64,000 nucleotides of DNA from a virus (Duplodnaviria; Caudoviricetes). The stretch lies in the IMG/VR virus record IMGVR_UViG_3300044645_001661. The stretch is one strand, 5' to 3'. The position numbers and the translations under genes are program-made. How positions within the stretch are numbered: position 1 is the stretch's first letter; the number at the start of each line of letters is the position of its first letter. Of the stretch, positions 30,001 through 38,673 are shown piece by piece. Under the pieces are notes generated by a model. It was not told the DNA's origin, ran no database searches, and worked only from the letters and a program-made list of their open reading frames with translations.

Positions 30001-30228
30001 AATTGTTGGTGTCCAATTACTTCGGAAGAAGAAGGGGATCGTCTTAGTAAAATCTTTGACAATAAAATTATTCAGTTCTTTATTGATAATTACAAAAAGA
30101 CTGCTGGATTTACTCCCGCCATTAAAAATGGTGAAGTACCTGACATTACAGACTATGCTAATTTGTCTGATCAATTTGGTTTTACTGAAGAAGAAGTTGA
30201 GTATTTAAAGAAAAATAATGCCATCTAA
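27058..30228 (+). CDS. Nuclease-like N-terminus + SF2 (ResIII-type) helicase + N6-adenine MTase catalytic/TRD region
   Basis: AKCRAGKS (Walker A variant), DEAH, SGTA, ILANPPY; degenerate SAM motif MFGDPSGSH; start may be GTG 27073. Confidence 0.8.
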   Translation: MILLSVSLVNIYVDSLKSGVNSFNVGQTIYTYDHRHRNSDYGKAKQTLAQTKDQYINYAWWTNVSTRDDGKDAGHDKIIHSWLDTLPGMKRIGAKNSETFEFDPKFYNLEIIVQMIYEKFFSGKEKVYTEFKPRPYQQKFLQKIASAWNVSEEFLLFAKCRAGKSAMVLKHIVDSNYKLSLVCSRQRSPEASWENDSNEFFPTIKYISVQDPSWETYLEYWMERDVNIVLWGTVQSFITRIDRIHNIDFVAFDEAHIGGTAKQFTTLRNKIKSRICYISGTAHKLCWMFPDERQKFVYTYFDEQFDVQNGVFKRPKMNIAFAKYQTSAYQEIFGDDPDAMKNIFTMEDDKFLYEILVREFIHKYFGPQREIRIGDRLLRGTYHMMALPSVKACHAFQKLVHCYYPSLVVTSDTNKDQDDINRFLEENSKALIITQSANVLGVTAKKIDTVINCKGGESIEFWTQFAFRGGSGVHDWWVIDFDAQRCLRAIHTAFQLACDNNPALSQYSVVDFTNIHEWNDGFKELSKELFEDALAADVEGSISTITSIVESLDLSKISDFNLKLKTDLSTVMKESQLNDEGANNKSCIVRETERVKKSNDLDTLKKQTVKALLESIPLTMFYIIRNGQNVYSINDVIGSAVYPSVTGDCEGILDDVISKNPHSIELLTRRIGIVSNSIQKSIRNSVSHTINELSVSSQIQQSIPVELFDLMIDNCNDLSNVYMFGDPSGSHTARLLERQVDPNNITVWESCNSHRNRVKYINDSINIVDSHPDMKFTAILANPPYNDPTKKAKNNKLWPIVVEQHLELVAPGGDICEVTPSSVLGTTGKGKKFMKLFSTKYNLKMIDYTADDYFTEGVAICRWHLTNEPYQGKTTVITHDGSFTWDLRDGLPLVGDSALKHSILNKIANSNHPRIPLKMGQAIAKEDHIPDGKYEIYHSSKKVKRTNIVPTTGDVLKFIVPFSSTYKNGGIFTSSGFVGMFNCWCPITSEEEGDRLSKIFDNKIIQFFIDNYKKTAGFTPAIKNGEVPDITDYANLSDQFGFTEEEVEYLKKNNAI

Positions 30229-30634
30229 AAATAAACATAACAAAAAGCATGGATCTCAACTTGAGAGATCTGATGAGAGAATCAAACAGACGCAGGAGGT
30301 ATTTACTCCTCCTGCCCTAATTGATAAAATGATTTTGGATATTCCAGAAGAGGTTCTTAAAGATCCAAGTTCTAAATTTATTGATAACTGTGCTGGTGAC
30401 GGTAATTTTTTAGTTCAATTACTTAAAGCACTTAGACAATATCATACTGAACAGCATATTGTAGATAATATGTTATATGCTGTGGAGTTAATGGAAGATA
30501 ATCATAAAGAATTATGTAAAAGAATTGGGGTGTCCACCTCCCATCCTCACTATGTGTGCTATGATGCCCTGGAATATCATTACCGATTTGATGGTACGTT
30601 AGGACCAATTACCTTAGACCAATTTTTGAACTGA
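30218..30634 (+). CDS. Small MTase SAM-binding subunit (motifs X and I only)
   Basis: QEVFTP, FIDNCAGDGNF, LYAVELMEDN; no NPPY-type motif in 138 aa. Confidence 0.78.
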   Translation: MPSKNKHNKKHGSQLERSDERIKQTQEVFTPPALIDKMILDIPEEVLKDPSSKFIDNCAGDGNFLVQLLKALRQYHTEQHIVDNMLYAVELMEDNHKELCKRIGVSTSHPHYVCYDALEYHYRFDGTLGPITLDQFLN

Positions 30635-30635
30635 C
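30618..30635. promoter_or_regulatory. Palindromic operator copy 2
   Basis: ACCAATT-tttg-AACTGAC; hairpin 30641-30658; TATAAT at 30669. Confidence 0.6.
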
Positions 30636-30695
30636 CACTCTGCTGCCCCAGGGCGGCATATTTTGCTGTATAATAACTTTATTGAGATTGAGACC

Positions 30696-31925
30696 ATGAT
30701 TCTTCGCCCCCACCAGCACGAAGCATTGCAGATCATGCTTAAGGAGCGTCTTGGCATCGTTGTATTCCCCACTGGTGGCGGCAAGAGTCTTGTTGCCATT
30801 ATGGATGCCAAGCGTCAATTTGACGAGGGTAATAAAACTATTGTTGTTGTTGCTCCTCGCCTCATGCTTGCTCGGCAATTGTCTTCCGAGTTTCTTGAGC
30901 ACATCACCAATGCTTCTGTGATGCATGTTCATTCTAAAAGTGATCTTCCCTACTTTACTACTACAGATCCTAATCAGATCTATGCTTGGAATTATCATAC
31001 TAATGGTAATAAATTGATTGTTACCACTTATCATTCTCTTCATCGTATTCAAGAGTCTGGTATTAAGGTTGATAGCATTTACTTTGATGAAGCACACAAC
31101 TCTACTAAAAGGAATTTCTTCGATTCCACTAAGTATTTTTCTGTTAATTCTGATCGCTGTTATTTCTTTACTGCTACTCCTAAGTATTCTGCTACTTCTT
31201 CCAAACCAGGTATGAATAATAGTGATGTTTATGGTCGGGTTATTTGCAATGTTCCTGCACCTGCACTGGTCAATAATGGATCATTGATTCCTCCTAAAAT
31301 TAATCCCATTAATATCGGTAGCATTCGTCTTAAGGGCGAAGAGGCGGCAGAACGCGATTGTATGACTTTGTTGGATACTATTTGTAATGAAGACCATATG
31401 GATAAAGTTTTGATTGCTGCTCCTAACACTAAGGTTATGGTCCGTATGCTTGCTGAGACTGATTTTATGAAAGAAGTGCGGTCTATGGGGTATGATCTCC
31501 TCTGGATTACCAGCAAACATGGTGCATTTTTGAATGATCAGAAAATCTCCCGTGAACAGTTTTTTCAATTGGTCAATCAGTTTGGTGCAGATCCTGACAA
31601 AAAATTTATCGTCATGCATTATTCTATTTTGAGTGAAGGTATCTCTGTTCCTGGTCTTACTTCTTTGATTATGATGCGTCAAATGAATGTTATTGAGATG
31701 TGCCAATCTGTTGGTCGTGTTTTGCGTCTTCATCTTGATGATGTCAAGCGTATTCAGAATGGTACACTTACTCCAGGCAAACTTAGCGACTACACCAAAT
31801 CATTCGGTCTAGTTCATGTTCCTGTTTACAGTAATGTTGGTATTGCTACTGTTAAGCGTCTCCAAAATATCGTAGATACGGTATTTGTACAAGGTCAACC
31901 TGCAATTTCTACTATTAAGCGATGA
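30696..31925 (+). CDS. DEAD/DEAH-box (ResIII-like) helicase
   Basis: LRPHQ, PTGGGKS, DEAH, TATP, ILSEGI, QSVGRVLR; start re-called to ATG 30696. Confidence 0.9.
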   Translation: MILRPHQHEALQIMLKERLGIVVFPTGGGKSLVAIMDAKRQFDEGNKTIVVVAPRLMLARQLSSEFLEHITNASVMHVHSKSDLPYFTTTDPNQIYAWNYHTNGNKLIVTTYHSLHRIQESGIKVDSIYFDEAHNSTKRNFFDSTKYFSVNSDRCYFFTATPKYSATSSKPGMNNSDVYGRVICNVPAPALVNNGSLIPPKINPINIGSIRLKGEEAAERDCMTLLDTICNEDHMDKVLIAAPNTKVMVRMLAETDFMKEVRSMGYDLLWITSKHGAFLNDQKISREQFFQLVNQFGADPDKKFIVMHYSILSEGISVPGLTSLIMMRQMNVIEMCQSVGRVLRLHLDDVKRIQNGTLTPGKLSDYTKSFGLVHVPVYSNVGIATVKRLQNIVDTVFVQGQPAISTIKR

Positions 31926-32095
31926 AAGAAGGATTTATTACTAAAGATGGTTATGCCGCCGTTCCATTTGGAAATCAACTTATGGTCATTTATGATGGAC
32001 AGCAGTTAAAGGTCTGTAGGACCGAACGTTCTGCCCGCAATTTTATCAAACAACATTCGTCTCAACCCAAATCTGGAACTGTTTTTATTAATTAA
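31922..32095 (+). CDS. Small hypothetical (57 aa)
   Basis: Hand translation MKEGFITKDGYAAVPFGNQL. Confidence 0.6.
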   Translation: MKEGFITKDGYAAVPFGNQLMVIYDGQQLKVCRTERSARNFIKQHSSQPKSGTVFIN

Positions 32096-32098
32096 ATT

Positions 32099-32293
32099 AT
32101 GAAATCTAAATTCATCTACGTCTCTCCTATCACCAAAAAAGCAAAGTACAACTTTTCTTCCATAATGAATTCCCTTCATTCTTGTAGGGTTAAAGATGAA
32201 AAGGATGATATGATTTATTTGGAATCTCTTAATAAGATGTATTATTTTTGGGTCAACAAAAAGAAAGATCCTAATTGGAAAATTGAAAAATAA
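32099..32293 (+). CDS. Small hypothetical
   Basis: ORF track. Confidence 0.6.
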   Translation: MKSKFIYVSPITKKAKYNFSSIMNSLHSCRVKDEKDDMIYLESLNKMYYFWVNKKKDPNWKIEK

Positions 32294-32774
32294 TATGTGG
32301 CAGATAAAACATCTTGAATATGATTATGCAGATTATTTTGACAAATGGATATCATATTTTAAATATAAATCTGATTTACTTCAAGATACTACAAACAACT
32401 GCCTATCTAAAAATTGCTTTGCAACAAAAAATCTGCTAAAATTTGTAGGTGATGTTGAATTTTTAGATATTATTGAAGAATTAAAATCTACTTGTGAGGA
32501 ATATGTAAATAAAAAACTAAAATACTTTTATTTGCATATGATTGATTATGAAAATGGTGGTGAAATGGCACCACATAAACACGATCATAATGAAGACTAT
32601 AGTTTTATTCTTTATCTTAATTCTTGTAATGATGGAGATACCGTTCTCCATCTTGATTCTGAAATAAAAATAAAACCAGTTAAAAATAAAATGGTATTAT
32701 TTTCTTCGGATATTGTTCATTCTGCTATTTTTTCCAATCAAAAAAGAATTCTTGTTGGGGGACTAAAACTATGA
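32283..32774 (+). CDS. 2OG-Fe(II) oxygenase
   Basis: PHKHDHNEDYSFILYL...GDT...MVLFSSDIVHSA...RILV. Confidence 0.78.
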   Translation: MKNNMWQIKHLEYDYADYFDKWISYFKYKSDLLQDTTNNCLSKNCFATKNLLKFVGDVEFLDIIEELKSTCEEYVNKKLKYFYLHMIDYENGGEMAPHKHDHNEDYSFILYLNSCNDGDTVLHLDSEIKIKPVKNKMVLFSSDIVHSAIFSNQKRILVGGLKL

Positions 32775-33325
32775 AATCTTATGAGATTACTCATTTTTCT
32801 TATCGGCACTGGCCTTCATACCATGATGAGGGATGTTATAAATTAAATCTTGTCTTTCGTGCTTGGGAGGTTGAAGAATATTCATACATAAAGCAAAGAT
32901 TTATGGATGAATGTAATGAATGGAAAAAAACAGAAATAGTTACTGATCTTGATCTCTATGAAAAATATAGAGATGGCATAAGAATGCTAGATGCAGATAC
33001 TGGTAGAGAACTTCTTAGTGAAAAAAGGACTGAAGAAGAAAAGGCACTAGACGACAGGAAATATATTCCAATTCAATTTGTAAATGATAATAACTTGGAG
33101 AGAGAAGAGGTATATACCAAGGGATATGAGGAGAATTGGAATAGTATGTTTAAATATATTGAAAAATTTGATTGTTTTCAATTTTATGAATATTTTAAAA
33201 TCAATTCAGTCACAAAAGGTATAATTCAATACATAGAAGAACTTAAAAAGGTAGAAAATCCTGATACATATTACGCAGAGCAATTGTATCATGCTATTAA
33301 ATGTTTAGAACATTGGTGGGACTGA
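32771..33325 (+). CDS. Hypothetical
   Basis: ORF track; coupled overlap. Confidence 0.6.
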   Translation: MKSYEITHFSYRHWPSYHDEGCYKLNLVFRAWEVEEYSYIKQRFMDECNEWKKTEIVTDLDLYEKYRDGIRMLDADTGRELLSEKRTEEEKALDDRKYIPIQFVNDNNLEREEVYTKGYEENWNSMFKYIEKFDCFQFYEYFKINSVTKGIIQYIEELKKVENPDTYYAEQLYHAIKCLEHWWD

Positions 33326-33357
33326 ATCAAGATATATAATAAAGTTGTTATTTTATA

Positions 33358-33603
33358 ATGTTAACTCAATTACAATTAATCTTTCTTACTATATTTGCAT
33401 TTGTTACTTATGCTATGGTAACAGATCCAAATGTGGTAAGATTTTTTGATTTATGTATTAAATTATTAAAAATAAACACAGAAAGATTTTTTTGGATGAT
33501 AAGATTTCATCCTTTAGTTACGACCAATCCTGTAAGTCAATGGTTGATGATGCGTAAATATATGAAACAAGCAGAAAAACTACAAAAAGAATTAAATGAG
33601 TGA
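33358..33603 (+). CDS. Small hypothetical with N-terminal TM helix
   Basis: LIFLTIFAFVTYAMV. Confidence 0.6.
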   Translation: MLTQLQLIFLTIFAFVTYAMVTDPNVVRFFDLCIKLLKINTERFFWMIRFHPLVTTNPVSQWLMMRKYMKQAEKLQKELNE

Positions 33604-33613
33604 GAGTTATTAA

Positions 33614-34330
33614 ATGGAAGAAGATTTAAGAGTTAAACATGCAGATATTTTAAAAGATCCAGATGGTCCTTTAAATCATTATAATGTAATATATCCAGAT
33701 GATCCAAGAACGCACAATCATTTTGATTTTTGTGGTAATACAATTTATAGGGCATATAATGTATTAAGTTTAGAAGATCGTCAAGCATTGTTAGAAGAGA
33801 TTGACGATGAATTGTCTAAAAATCCTAATTGGGATTTGTCGGTAGAAGCAACTAAAGAACTTAGTACTAGAAAGTTAAAAAATAAAGAATGTTGGGTTAA
33901 TTTTTTTAAAATGGTGAAAACCCATTTGTACAATTATGCAAAGATAACAAATAATCCAAAAATTCTGGAATTAAAAATTCAATCTTATTGGGCAAAAAGA
34001 TTGAGAGATGTTTCTGAGGAAAAATATGCAGAAGAATTGTATATAAACTACGGAAATACTCATAGTCATCAACATTTTGATTTGGGATTAATTTTTTATT
34101 TGCAAAATCCTTCAAGGATTTATGGAACATTGATTGAAAATAATGGACGTGAAGTTGTAATTCCTGGTGACGAAAATTCTTTGCTTTTACATCATTCTGC
34201 AGTAAATCATCAACCAGCACATCCACCTCCGATAGTCGCAAAAGATTATTATAGATGTGTCATCGTTGCAGATTTTATGTATCCAGATAAAGATAAAAAA
34301 ATGAGAGTTGCGGATGACAGAAAAAGATAA
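33614..34330 (+). CDS. 2OG-Fe(II) oxygenase-like
   Basis: SYW...HSHQHFDLGLIFYL...LLHHSAVNHQP...RCVIVADF. Confidence 0.6.
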   Translation: MEEDLRVKHADILKDPDGPLNHYNVIYPDDPRTHNHFDFCGNTIYRAYNVLSLEDRQALLEEIDDELSKNPNWDLSVEATKELSTRKLKNKECWVNFFKMVKTHLYNYAKITNNPKILELKIQSYWAKRLRDVSEEKYAEELYINYGNTHSHQHFDLGLIFYLQNPSRIYGTLIENNGREVVIPGDENSLLLHHSAVNHQPAHPPPIVAKDYYRCVIVADFMYPDKDKKMRVADDRKR

Positions 34331-34547
34331 AAAAATTTATAAAAATATTTTTAAAAAAATATTAGAGAATAAAAAGGATACCATGTCCTATGAGGAAGGG
34401 ACATGGTTGATGGAACGACCAGAAATGATGGATCTTGCAAAAAAATTAAATGCAAAGGTAAAAATAATGGCTAGATTTCCAGAATATAAAAATACCATAG
34501 AAGAAATACTTTTTATTCTTGACTTATCAGACAGGTTTTTAAGATAA
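34308..34547 (+). CDS. Small hypothetical
   Basis: ORF track. Confidence 0.45.
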   Translation: MRMTEKDKKIYKNIFKKILENKKDTMSYEEGTWLMERPEMMDLAKKLNAKVKIMARFPEYKNTIEEILFILDLSDRFLR

Positions 34548-34615
34548 GAATAATTTATACCCTGTTGTCTTTTTGATCTTTTTTTGCTACCATTGGAACA
34601 TAGTAAACCAGAATC

Positions 34616-35758
34616 ATGCATTACAAATTTCCAACAATTACACATTTGGATCAAGTTAAGAATGCTATTGAAGGTTATGACGAATTTCGTGTAACTGATA
34701 AAGGATTCTATACTGTTGTAAATTATGCTGTAGCTTTTGATAATACTTTTGATATTAATGATGAAAATGATATTAATGGTATGATTCGTAGGGAATGTCG
34801 GGGATTAATTTTTGATGTTGATGGTAATTTGATTTCGCGTCCCTATCATAAGTTTTTTAATTTAAATGAAAGAGAAGAAACTCATATTGATACTGTAGGA
34901 TTTGATCTTCATACTGTTCTTGAAAAAATGGATGGATCAATGATTCGTCCTATTCCAACAGAACATGGATTTAGACTTGCCACAAAAGCAGGAATTACTG
35001 ATGTTGCAATAAATGCTGAAATTTTTATTTCAGATAAACCAGAATATGCAAATTTTATTAATCATTGTATTGCTCGGAATTTAACTGCAATCTTTGAATG
35101 GTGTTCTCGTAAAAACAGAATTGTTGTTGATTATCCAGAAGATAAATTAATTCTTACTGCTCTAAGAAGTATTAAAAATGGATCTTATTGTTCATATAAT
35201 AATCTGCGTCTTCTAACAGAACAATATAATATTCCTCTGGTTAAAAAATGGCCAGATAATATGAATATCCAAGAATTGGTTGAGTATGTTCGTAATCTTG
35301 AGGATGAAGAAGGTATTGTTCTAAGGTTTGACAATGGACATATGTTGAAAATTAAAGCGGAAGAGTATGTACTTCGTCATAAAACTAAAGAGCAAATCAG
35401 TCAAGAAAAAAATGTTTTGGATGTAATTATTGAAGATAAAGTTGATGATGTAATTCCTTTGCTATTAGATTCTGATGCAAGTAGATTGAAATATTTTCAA
35501 AAAGCATTTTGGATTAATGTGGATGATGTTGCATTTAATTTAGCTGAGACATATCAAAAAGGAAAACACTATCAAGATAAAAAATCCTTTGCTGTAGAAT
35601 TTGTTCAAAAACTTAGTCCTCATTTACAACCATTCATGTATGCAATGAATTCTGGAAAAGGTTCTAAAAGTCTCTTGGTAGAATCTATTAAAAAATCATT
35701 AACCTCACAAACTAAAATAGACCAATCTCGTTGGATGTGGGGAAACTTAGTTTGGTAA
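34616..35758 (+). CDS. rnlA: T4 Rnl1-like RNA ligase
   Basis: RECRGLIFD...RPYHKFFN, EKMDGSMI (motif I), FEW, EEGIV, LKIK. Confidence 0.9.
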   Translation: MHYKFPTITHLDQVKNAIEGYDEFRVTDKGFYTVVNYAVAFDNTFDINDENDINGMIRRECRGLIFDVDGNLISRPYHKFFNLNEREETHIDTVGFDLHTVLEKMDGSMIRPIPTEHGFRLATKAGITDVAINAEIFISDKPEYANFINHCIARNLTAIFEWCSRKNRIVVDYPEDKLILTALRSIKNGSYCSYNNLRLLTEQYNIPLVKKWPDNMNIQELVEYVRNLEDEEGIVLRFDNGHMLKIKAEEYVLRHKTKEQISQEKNVLDVIIEDKVDDVIPLLLDSDASRLKYFQKAFWINVDDVAFNLAETYQKGKHYQDKKSFAVEFVQKLSPHLQPFMYAMNSGKGSKSLLVESIKKSLTSQTKIDQSRWMWGNLVW

Positions 35759-35762
35759 ATTT

Positions 35763-36239
35763 ATGGAAACCATATTACTAGAACCACATAAAACAATATT
35801 AGTTCTTAATGCAAGTTATGAACCAATAAATTTTTGTAATTGGAAAAGGGCTATTGTGCTTCTTTTAAAAGAAAAAGCACAACTACTGTCATCTAGAGTA
35901 ATTCGTTTAATTAATTACATACAGTTACCAATTTCTAAAATAATGTCATGTAAACCATCAAGACAGTTGGTTTATAAAAGAGATGATAATCGTTGTCAGT
36001 ATTGTGGATCAATAAAACAACTTACTATTGATCATGTAATACCAAAATCTAAAGGTGGTAAAGACACCTGGGAAAATTTAGTTGTTGCTTGTATGTTATG
36101 TAATACGAAAAAAGGTGATAGGACACCAGAAGAGTGGGGAGTTCCATTGCATCAAAAACCAAAGGCACCATTTAATAAAATGACAATTAGTTTAAAAACC
36201 TCTAATGTTCCTGAATGGAAGGAGTATGTTTATGCCTGA
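35763..36239 (+). CDS. HNH endonuclease (McrA-like)
   Basis: LVLNASYEP...RDDNRCQYCG...TIDHVIPKSKGG..TWENLVVAC..CN..KG. Confidence 0.9.
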   Translation: METILLEPHKTILVLNASYEPINFCNWKRAIVLLLKEKAQLLSSRVIRLINYIQLPISKIMSCKPSRQLVYKRDDNRCQYCGSIKQLTIDHVIPKSKGGKDTWENLVVACMLCNTKKGDRTPEEWGVPLHQKPKAPFNKMTISLKTSNVPEWKEYVYA

Positions 36240-36720
36240 ACTTTTAATGCTTTGTGGTATTCCTACCTGTGGGAAATCCACATATGTTGAAAAACTGAAG
36301 AACTTGGACTACTGGAAGGATGCAGTAGTTCTTTCTACTGATAATTACATTGAAAAACAAGCACAACGAATGGGTCTGACTTATAATCAGATTTTTGATG
36401 ATGTGATTGATGATGCAACTAGGGAACTTGAACTTGAGTTGAATATGGCAAAGGATAAAGGAAAGAACATCATTTGGGATCAGACAAACTTATCAGTCAA
36501 GACCCGAAAGAAAAAACTTTCTAAAGTCCCTTCCATTTACCGCAGGGATGCTGTATACTTTGTCATATCACTAGAGGAGGCACTGGAACGGAACGATCAC
36601 CGTGAAGGGAAGTTTATTCCAAAAAGCATCTTAAAGAGGATGTGGCATCAATTTGAAATTCCAACTCGCAATGAGGACTTTGATTATGTTGAAAAAGTTG
36701 AGGTTCAAGGAACCGTATAA
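36232..36720 (+). CDS. P-loop polynucleotide kinase-like (AAA_33), PseT kinase-type half
   Basis: LMLCGIPTCGKST, STD, IIWDQTNL, RNDHR; start re-called to ATG 36232. Confidence 0.85.
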   Translation: MPELLMLCGIPTCGKSTYVEKLKNLDYWKDAVVLSTDNYIEKQAQRMGLTYNQIFDDVIDDATRELELELNMAKDKGKNIIWDQTNLSVKTRKKKLSKVPSIYRRDAVYFVISLEEALERNDHREGKFIPKSILKRMWHQFEIPTRNEDFDYVEKVEVQGTV

Positions 36721-36916
36721 TCATCATATTGAATATACAAATGATATTGACCGCATCGTGAAGATCTTTGCGGATCGTGGATATGAAATCTCACACTCTG
36801 ATGCAATCCGTGCCTGGGAAGAATTTTCTGATAGTATGTGTGCTGGATGGATGTGTCTTGGAGAAGATGATGAAGTGTTCCACGATGCTTTTTATTATTT
36901 TGAGGAAGTGGTGTGA
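36653..36916 (+). CDS. Small hypothetical
   Basis: ORF track. Confidence 0.55.
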   Translation: MKFQLAMRTLIMLKKLRFKEPYNHHIEYTNDIDRIVKIFADRGYEISHSDAIRAWEEFSDSMCAGWMCLGEDDEVFHDAFYYFEEVV

Positions 36917-37365
36917 CTGAACGTAATTGTTTTATTTTTGATTTGGATGGAACTATTTGTAATGTCCATCATCGCAAACAATATGTTGCCACTAAGCCCC
37001 GTAATTGGGATGCTTGGAATAAAGGTCTGGTAAATGATACTCCTCATTTAGCAGTTCAAAAAGTATTTCAAGCACTTCGTAATGATTGTGAAGTTGATTT
37101 AATTATTGTTTCTGGTCGTTCGGATGATTATAAGGAACAAACAGTTCAATGGTTGACTGACAATCAAATCTTTTATGATGAGATTTATATGAGAAAGTAT
37201 GAGGATCATCGTGATGATTGTATTGTCAAAGGTGAAATTGCTGACGAAATTCAGAAAACTCATAATATTATTGGAGTTTTTGATGATCGGCAGCGTGTGG
37301 TAAATATGTGGATTCAGCGTGGTATCTTTGTATTTGATGTTGCACAAGGTCTGGGGAACTTCTGA
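36913..37365 (+). CDS. HAD phosphatase, PseT 3'-phosphatase-type half
   Basis: FDLDGT, VSGR, MRK..DHRDD...K, FDDR. Confidence 0.88.
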   Translation: MTERNCFIFDLDGTICNVHHRKQYVATKPRNWDAWNKGLVNDTPHLAVQKVFQALRNDCEVDLIIVSGRSDDYKEQTVQWLTDNQIFYDEIYMRKYEDHRDDCIVKGEIADEIQKTHNIIGVFDDRQRVVNMWIQRGIFVFDVAQGLGNF

Positions 37366-37367
37366 TT

Positions 37368-37682
37368 ATGATTGACACACTTATTGCTGGATTGACTTGC
37401 GGAATTGCAACTTTTTACGGAATTGGAGACGGATTTCATGGACAAACAACTGCTAACGGTGAGCGGTTTGATGCTTATCGTTGGACTGCAGCTCATCCTT
37501 ATCTACCTATGGGTAGCAAAATTAGGGTAACGAACCAAAACAACGGAAAACAAGTTATTGTAAGAGTAAATGATCGTGGTCCATATAGTCATGCTGATTT
37601 GGATCTTTCTTATGCTGCCTTTGCTCATATTTCTTCTACGAGTAAGGGTAACGCTACTGTATGTTGGAGAGTAGTTGGATGA
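37368..37682 (+). CDS. rlpA: RlpA-like (DPBB) lytic transglycosylase
   Basis: ATFYG...TANGERFD....TAAHP.LPMGS..RVTN..NGK.V.VRVNDRGP....LDLS. Confidence 0.88.
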   Translation: MIDTLIAGLTCGIATFYGIGDGFHGQTTANGERFDAYRWTAAHPYLPMGSKIRVTNQNNGKQVIVRVNDRGPYSHADLDLSYAAFAHISSTSKGNATVCWRVVG

Positions 37683-38479
37683 AAGTTCGTTTAGTCAGTG
37701 ATTTACATTTGGAAATGTGTGAACACGGGCATGGAGTTCCTGACCTTGGAGAGGGTGAAGTTCTGATCCTTGGTGGGGATATTCTCTGTGCTCGCCACTT
37801 CAAAAAGAATGGTTCTCTCAAAGAAGTTTATACTAACTTCCTAAAGAAGTGTGCTGACAATTTTATGCATGTTCTGTATATCACAGGGAATCATGAAGCA
37901 TATGGATACAACTATGAAGGAACCTGGAATGTTCTAAAAGAGAATCTTCCTGAAGGTATTCAACTGATGGAAGATAATGTGGTGAAGATTGCTGATTGGG
38001 TTTTTATCGGTTCTACTTTTTGGACTGACTTCCGTAATGGAAATGCCCTGGAAATGATGGAAGCGGCACAGTGTATGAATGATTATAAGACTATTCGTAT
38101 CACTCCAAAGTATCGTAAGATGAATCCTGATGATACATATGGTTTCCATCGTAAATCTAAGCAGTTTCTTCTGGAACAGTTAGAACTTTTTAAAAACCAG
38201 AAAATCTGGGTTCTCACGCACCACGCACCTTCTTACCAGTCCGTTCACGAAAAATACCGAAAATCGGGCATCGCAAACGGTGCCTATGTCAGCGATCTTG
38301 ACGGTCTCATCCTGGACAACCCTGAGATTAGGGTCTGGTCCCACGGTCACACCCATACTTCATTTGACTATAAAATCGGTGAATGTCGGATTGTTTGCAA
38401 TCCCAGAGGATACTACAATGGTTACAACAATAGAGATTTGAACTTGGACTTTGACCCTAACTTTGAGATTGAGTTATGA
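37679..38479 (+). CDS. Calcineurin-like metallophosphoesterase
   Basis: SDLH, GGDI, GNHE, THH, HGHTH; start re-called to ATG 37679. Confidence 0.9.
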   Translation: MKVRLVSDLHLEMCEHGHGVPDLGEGEVLILGGDILCARHFKKNGSLKEVYTNFLKKCADNFMHVLYITGNHEAYGYNYEGTWNVLKENLPEGIQLMEDNVVKIADWVFIGSTFWTDFRNGNALEMMEAAQCMNDYKTIRITPKYRKMNPDDTYGFHRKSKQFLLEQLELFKNQKIWVLTHHAPSYQSVHEKYRKSGIANGAYVSDLDGLILDNPEIRVWSHGHTHTSFDYKIGECRIVCNPRGYYNGYNNRDLNLDFDPNFEIEL

Positions 38480-38673
38480 ATTACAAAACTTTTGATGATT
38501 GGTTTGATGAGTTGGAGGGATTTTCCTATCGATCTGAGCGGTTTTGGGATGATTTTGAGTATGCGTCTCAAACTAAAGATTATTCTATGATCAAAAAATG
38601 GTTAAAAACTGCTTGGGAGATTGGATATCAAAGCTCAGAAAGTAAATTTTATGGTGGGACAAAAAATGATTGA
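38476..38673 (+). CDS. Small hypothetical
   Basis: ORF track. Confidence 0.55.
   Translation: MNYKTFDDWFDELEGFSYRSERFWDDFEYASQTKDYSMIKKWLKTAWEIGYQSSESKFYGGTKND

Noticed and set aside
27067-31733. Long minus-strand ORFs (27067-27615, 27745-28161, 30609-31097, 31281-31733)
   Set aside because: Lie wholly opposite motif-rich helicase and MTase genes; no independent signals.
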